In this document: piece after piece, positions 59,408 to 64,000 of the stretch
Position numbering within the stretch: position 1 is the first letter of the stretch
Layout of the letters: every line of letters begins with the position of its first letter
Virus record (IMG/VR): IMGVR_UViG_3300035498_000745
Span: 1-64,000 of that record
Source of the DNA: a virus
Taxonomy: Duplodnaviria > Caudoviricetes
DNA: 64,000 bases
Strand: one strand, 5' to 3'
Notes under the pieces: generated by a model
Databases searched by the model: none
Seen by the model: the letters and a program-made list of their open reading frames with translations, nothing else
Told to the model about the DNA's origin: nothing
Position numbers and translations under genes: made by a program

Positions 59408-62104
59408 TTAATAGTGCCATATTATATTTCCATTGTATACGTCTCCAGGATCTGATTTTAGAACAATAACATCAGCCATAGACATGTCTAATTCTGAGTT
59501 ATGACTGACAATAAAACATTGTTCACACTGTAGCATCATCATTAATCTATCTAATAATGTAATAAAGTAAGCTCTATTTCCAGTATCTAGACCACCATCA
59601 ATTTCATCAACAAATACTATATTATATTTTGTAGATGATTGTCTTAATAATGAGAATGATAATATCATTGATATCATAGACTTTTGGGCTGTTGACATGC
59701 TGCTGATATCATCATGTAATAATCCATTCCCCAAACAAGGAATCTTAAATTCATTCTCATTAATAATAAATGGTTGCAAAATAAACTCTCCATCAAATAG
59801 AAGAGACAATAAATCATTAGCTGTAGTGATAATCTTATTCATATACAGCTGCATGAATAAAGTTTGTATCCCTGTGGATGGAGATGAATAATATCTTATT
59901 TTATCTATCTTAGAATATTTGTCATTATATTCAGCTAATTCATTCTTATAATCAGCGACCAATGATAAATTATGTCTAAGCTTATCTCTCTCTACATATA
60001 GATTCTTAATATCACTAGAAATTGAACCAATATTATTATCAGAAATAGAAAGATTAGCATGAAGTTCATCTAGCGCTGATGTATTTGAATCTAATGATTT
60101 TTTCAGTATAAGTAATTCATTCTGCCTCTCAACTGATGGTTTGTAAGACTGATTGATGCTGATAGATAAAGCTTCAACCTTAGATTTAAGAATCTTTAAT
60201 TTTTCTAAATTCATTTCTCTCTCAGATATTTGAGAATTTAGATAATCAATCTGTTGAGCTAATTCATCAGTCTTTTTAGTTATATCATTTATAGATTCAA
60301 TTAATGATTCTATAATACTATTCTTAGACTCGTATAACTTATGTTCAACCTCATATGTATGAAGTTGCTCTTTAGCAATCTTATATTCATCTAAAATATT
60401 ACTATACTCAACGTATTTATAGCATTCTCTTATATCATCAAATGGATCTAATTCTGCTAATCTATACAGAAAAGTTTCTTTAAAATCTTTTCTTAGAGGA
60501 AACTTAGAAATAAATTTCATTTTAGAATTTAGCTCTCTTACGATAGAATTAATATGAGTAAGTATAACAGAATAAGTTTCATATTTATCTATCTTAGCAG
60601 TAATATCCGCTATAGAAGAATTAAGTATTTCTAATCTATCAGACATTGCTTTTAATTCACTTTCAGGATATTGATTGTTTGCATCTACAGCACTCTTTAT
60701 ATAAGGACAATCATCAATCTTACATCCTGTTGGTCGATTATTTAACTCATTAGCAATTTCTCTTTTTGATTGAAATATTGCTATTTGTTTATCCAGTTCT
60801 GATCTCTCATTTTTGTACTGATCTAATTGATCTTTAAGAAATTTAATATCGGATGATTGTAATGCAATCTCTTGATTATGATAAATTACGTATTTTATAT
60901 CATCAATCTGATACATTGAAGTCAATGTATTAGATGAAGTTAGAAGATAATTTAATGACTCCATAGCTGAATCATACTCATCTCTTGTAATAAGATCTGT
61001 ATGTTCCAAACCCATATTCTCAAAGACCGTATTGTATTCGTTTACTATAGCTCTTGCACTTTCCATCGCTTTCTTTATATCTAAATAATTATACTCACTC
61101 TGTAATGAATTGAGTTTCTCTGTCTTATTTTGAAGATCTTTAGATTCTGCTTCCCTCTCAGCAAGCTTCTCTGGGATTATCTGTTTATATAAATCAACTT
61201 CATTCTGAATACTTGTAATCTGAGTGTTGATATAATTAAGAAAATCATCGACCTTAGATATATCGGTTATTCCATAAGATTGCAACTGCTTTTGAATATT
61301 ATTACTCAATGATTTTATATCTTTATCTAAAGCCCTTAACTCAGATAAAATAGAATCATAATTATTCTCTTTCAATATTGCTTCATAATCAGCAATCTTC
61401 ACTTTGATTGCTGCTGATGCTTCTATAGCTTTAGATTTATCTTCTTCTAAAGAATTTATTCTAGCTTCAATATTAGCAAGATTACCTCTAACCATATTTT
61501 CATCACCAATATGATCAATCTTATATACTAAAGAATTGATTATCTGTTTATAAGCACTAGATTTCTTAGAAAGATTCTTATATATTCCATTGTAAGTATC
61601 AAGAATATTTATAATACCATTAATCAACTTCTTTCTTTCTGCTGGTTTGCTATCGACTAAACCTCTATTCTCAGATGATAATTTGGATAAAGAAATATAA
61701 TTAGAATCCAATCCAAATTCTTCATATAAGATATCATTACATGAGCTAATATTTCCATTAGGATTTAACTCTACTAACTGACCATTTATAGTCTTAGATA
61801 CATACCCTTTAGTTGTCATTCTATTACCATTTCCATTTACAGGATGAATATATCTAATAATATATTCTACTCCATTACATAATAAACTCATTGTTTTTCT
61901 TGCTTCTGTATTTGGTATGAAGCAACTATTAGAATCTGGATTTGGATTAATTGCGTTCATTATGGTAGATTTACCAGAACCATTCTTTCCTCTAATAATA
62001 ATCTTATTATATCTACATTTCGTAAAATCTATTTTTATCTGATTTAATCCCAACCCATTATATATACCTCCATAACCAACCAATTCTATCCATTTATATC
62101 TCAT
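59408..62104 (-). CDS. sbcC: SbcC/Rad50-like SMC ATPase
   Basis: GKNGSGKS, long coiled coil with central CKIDDCP, signature MSTAQ, VFVDE, SH. Confidence 0.9.
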   Translation of the reverse strand: MRYKWIELVGYGGIYNGLGLNQIKIDFTKCRYNKIIIRGKNGSGKSTIMNAINPNPDSNSCFIPNTEARKTMSLLCNGVEYIIRYIHPVNGNGNRMTTKGYVSKTINGQLVELNPNGNISSCNDILYEEFGLDSNYISLSKLSSENRGLVDSKPAERKKLINGIINILDTYNGIYKNLSKKSSAYKQIINSLVYKIDHIGDENMVRGNLANIEARINSLEEDKSKAIEASAAIKVKIADYEAILKENNYDSILSELRALDKDIKSLSNNIQKQLQSYGITDISKVDDFLNYINTQITSIQNEVDLYKQIIPEKLAEREAESKDLQNKTEKLNSLQSEYNYLDIKKAMESARAIVNEYNTVFENMGLEHTDLITRDEYDSAMESLNYLLTSSNTLTSMYQIDDIKYVIYHNQEIALQSSDIKFLKDQLDQYKNERSELDKQIAIFQSKREIANELNNRPTGCKIDDCPYIKSAVDANNQYPESELKAMSDRLEILNSSIADITAKIDKYETYSVILTHINSIVRELNSKMKFISKFPLRKDFKETFLYRLAELDPFDDIRECYKYVEYSNILDEYKIAKEQLHTYEVEHKLYESKNSIIESLIESINDITKKTDELAQQIDYLNSQISEREMNLEKLKILKSKVEALSISINQSYKPSVERQNELLILKKSLDSNTSALDELHANLSISDNNIGSISSDIKNLYVERDKLRHNLSLVADYKNELAEYNDKYSKIDKIRYYSSPSTGIQTLFMQLYMNKIITTANDLLSLLFDGEFILQPFIINENEFKIPCLGNGLLHDDISSMSTAQKSMISMILSFSLLRQSSTKYNIVFVDEIDGGLDTGNRAYFITLLDRLMMMLQCEQCFIVSHNSELDMSMADVIVLKSDPGDVYNGNIIWHY

Positions 62105-62171
62105 ATAATCACCTCTTAATTAGATGTGTATACTCCTATATTATCATAAAATAGAGGGTGTGAGAACTAAC

Positions 62172-62456
62172 TCACACCCCAAATTTGTTAAGAGTTTTTC
62201 TATCGATTAATTGCTTAGGGAATTTCTCACTCCAATCTATCAAATAACACTTATTACATACTAAGCATTTGATAAATCTAACATTGACTTTCTGTAGTTC
62301 TCTATATATTTTAGGAGATGTTGCTCCATTAGAAAATAGTCTAGAATAATCTATCAACGTGTTTCTATCTGTTAAAAAGAATAACATATTATTTCCACAC
62401 TCTTTACATGTGCATGGATTATTAAGCTTACACATTTCTATATTATTATTCAACAT
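62172..62456 (-). CDS. Small Zn-ribbon protein
   Basis: CKECG and CLVC. Confidence 0.65.
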   Translation of the reverse strand: MLNNNIEMCKLNNPCTCKECGNNMLFFLTDRNTLIDYSRLFSNGATSPKIYRELQKVNVRFIKCLVCNKCYLIDWSEKFPKQLIDRKTLNKFGV

Positions 62457-63156
62457 TATTTTTCATCCTTATACCAATTAGTTTTTCTCCTATAGATATA
62501 TTTTCATCCTGAATAATATCCATTAAGAAATTATAATCAATACCACATCCTTCAACATCATCCTCTGTTAATCCATTGAAATAATTTATAATATATCCAG
62601 CAACCAACGATGGAGTATATCTAAAATTACTTCCTGCTATAGTACCGTTAAAATCAACGCTAGTAACTATAGGACTATAATATGTAACAAGGAATAATTC
62701 TGTTAATTTCTTAATTTGATAAAAAATTATACTATTATCAATAATATTATCAATACCATTCTCATCAACTTCAGGAACATGTCCTATATTAATACTTTTG
62801 AAATGGTCTAAAAAAATAATAAGATGCACATCTTGGCATTGATTCCCTCCGTAAAACATATCATAAAATACATTACGTTCATTACCAGTACAATTAAGCA
62901 TAAAATGTAACCGATAAGTCATAGATAAAGTATATCGTCCATTTTGTCTTGAATTACCTATAAGTGTACCCTTAGTTACATGAACTACTTTTTCTATAAT
63001 TGGCTTGTCAGAAGACATTCCACAAGAATTATTTAAGAGTAGATATTTTGTTTTATCTGATATTTCCGTATAATCATCAAATGTATTACCTTCTATCATT
63101 ACATCATTAATGGCATTTAATATAGCCATCATGAAAATTACGATTGGTTCCTCCAA
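62446..63156 (-). CDS. Hypothetical protein
   Basis: 236 aa ORF in operon; start uncertain. Confidence 0.55.
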   Translation of the reverse strand: MEEPIVIFMMAILNAINDVMIEGNTFDDYTEISDKTKYLLLNNSCGMSSDKPIIEKVVHVTKGTLIGNSRQNGRYTLSMTYRLHFMLNCTGNERNVFYDMFYGGNQCQDVHLIIFLDHFKSINIGHVPEVDENGIDNIIDNSIIFYQIKKLTELFLVTYYSPIVTSVDFNGTIAGSNFRYTPSLVAGYIINYFNGLTEDDVEGCGIDYNFLMDIIQDENISIGEKLIGIRMKNNVE

Positions 63157-63474
63157 TTAATTCACCCCCATAGGATTTTTTATATCAGCAGGCTTTTCTC
63201 TTTGAGCTAACTCATAATGATGAGTATTCTCATAAAGAAGTTTCCTTAAAGGAGTTAAAGGAATAAATCTTTCTGGTGTTGCAATCATTTCAAATACCCT
63301 CTTACAATTACAACACATTCCTTCACATTTATAATCCATAGTTTTAGAATCAGTAACATACCCATCCATATCAGTTAAGAATAGATTAAACTCTGATTCT
63401 GCTACTACAAATTGACTATGCCCACATGCAGGGCATGATCCTGCTGGTAATAATCTTACCATTACATTCTTCAT
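63157..63474 (-). CDS. Small Zn-ribbon protein
   Basis: CPACG and CCNC. Confidence 0.65.
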   Translation of the reverse strand: MKNVMVRLLPAGSCPACGHSQFVVAESEFNLFLTDMDGYVTDSKTMDYKCEGMCCNCKRVFEMIATPERFIPLTPLRKLLYENTHHYELAQREKPADIKNPMGVN

Positions 63475-63504
63475 ATCTTTTACCTCATTTAGCCAAAAAA
63501 ATAA

Positions 63505-63741
63505 TTACTTTGTTGGCTCTGAATATTTTATCTTTCTTATATCTCCCTTTGTTACTACAATAGCATCTGTACTCATTTTTGAAGGATCTGAAATTATAGA
63601 GGTGTAGGGTTTAGCCACACCTCTAACAATAACGGATCCAGGAGTATAATTACTACCATAAACGCTCTGCATACGTTTATTTTCTGTATCGGAATAGATA
63701 AAATACCTGTTGTACATAGATGGTACGTTTGTTGTAGCCAT
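63505..63741 (-). CDS. Small hypothetical protein
   Basis: 78 aa, AGGAGG RBS. Confidence 0.65.
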   Translation of the reverse strand: MATTNVPSMYNRYFIYSDTENKRMQSVYGSNYTPGSVIVRGVAKPYTSIISDPSKMSTDAIVVTKGDIRKIKYSEPTK

Positions 63742-63762
63742 AATAATTCCTCCTAAACTATA

Positions 63763-63984
63763 TTACTCGTTTAGATAGAACATAAGACCATCTCCAAAAA
63801 GATCGATTCCGTTAATATACTCTTCAGTTTCTACAACGTACTTTGGCATATCTAATAAAGATTTTGCTAATGATACGCACTCTCTTAATACATCATTTGT
63901 CTTCCTTGTAGTTGACAAATTATGATCATCTATGATTTTACACATAACTAATCGAGAATCAATAGCCTTATAAGTATCTATCAA
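63763..63984 (-). CDS. Hypothetical protein, start uncertain near the window edge
   Basis: 73 aa ORF containing MCKIID. Confidence 0.5.
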   Translation of the reverse strand: MIDTYKAIDSRLVMCKIIDDHNLSTTRKTNDVLRECVSLAKSLLDMPKYVVETEEYINGIDLFGDGLMFYLNE

Positions 63985-64000
63985 TTTAGTTATATCATCT

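Noticed and set aside
1-64000. Phage nucleus shell (chimallin), PhuZ tubulin, or inteins
   Set aside because: No recognisable motifs in this window, so a nucleus-import role for the peptide tag remains only a hypothesis

Overview
AT-rich, gene-dense segment of a jumbo myophage of the AR9/PBS1 (phiKZ-related) type. Strong AGGAGG ribosome-binding sites and a CHAP/peptidoglycan-binding endolysin suggest a Firmicutes host. The window encodes pieces of two multisubunit RNA polymerases (a beta' N-half with the DFDGD catalytic motif, a beta' C-half, a probable further beta' C-terminal piece, and a probable AR9 gp226-type promoter-specificity subunit). It also encodes a family-B DNA polymerase split over two distant genes, primase, SF2 helicase, SbcC, a DHH phosphoesterase, a GroEL-like chaperonin, and the morphogenesis core (major capsid, prohead protease, portal, large terminase, tail sheath and tube). 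Six related group I introns interrupt five essential genes, and I placed their splice sites to the base. Three carry homing-endonuclease ORFs, two carry remnants and one is empty; one appears to use a C.A instead of U.G 5' splice-site pair. The most notable unexplained signals are: (1) a short peptide motif M-[C/V]-x-I-[V/I] repeated at or near the ends of many unrelated DNA-acting proteins, including intron endonucleases, a candidate shared docking or targeting signal; (2) a ~1.1 kb late-promoter-driven structured non-coding RNA with a tRNA-like 5' domain and a duplicated C-rich-loop module; (3) a small gene that copies the capsid protein C-terminal peptide. All functional calls are from motif recognition by eye; no searches were run.
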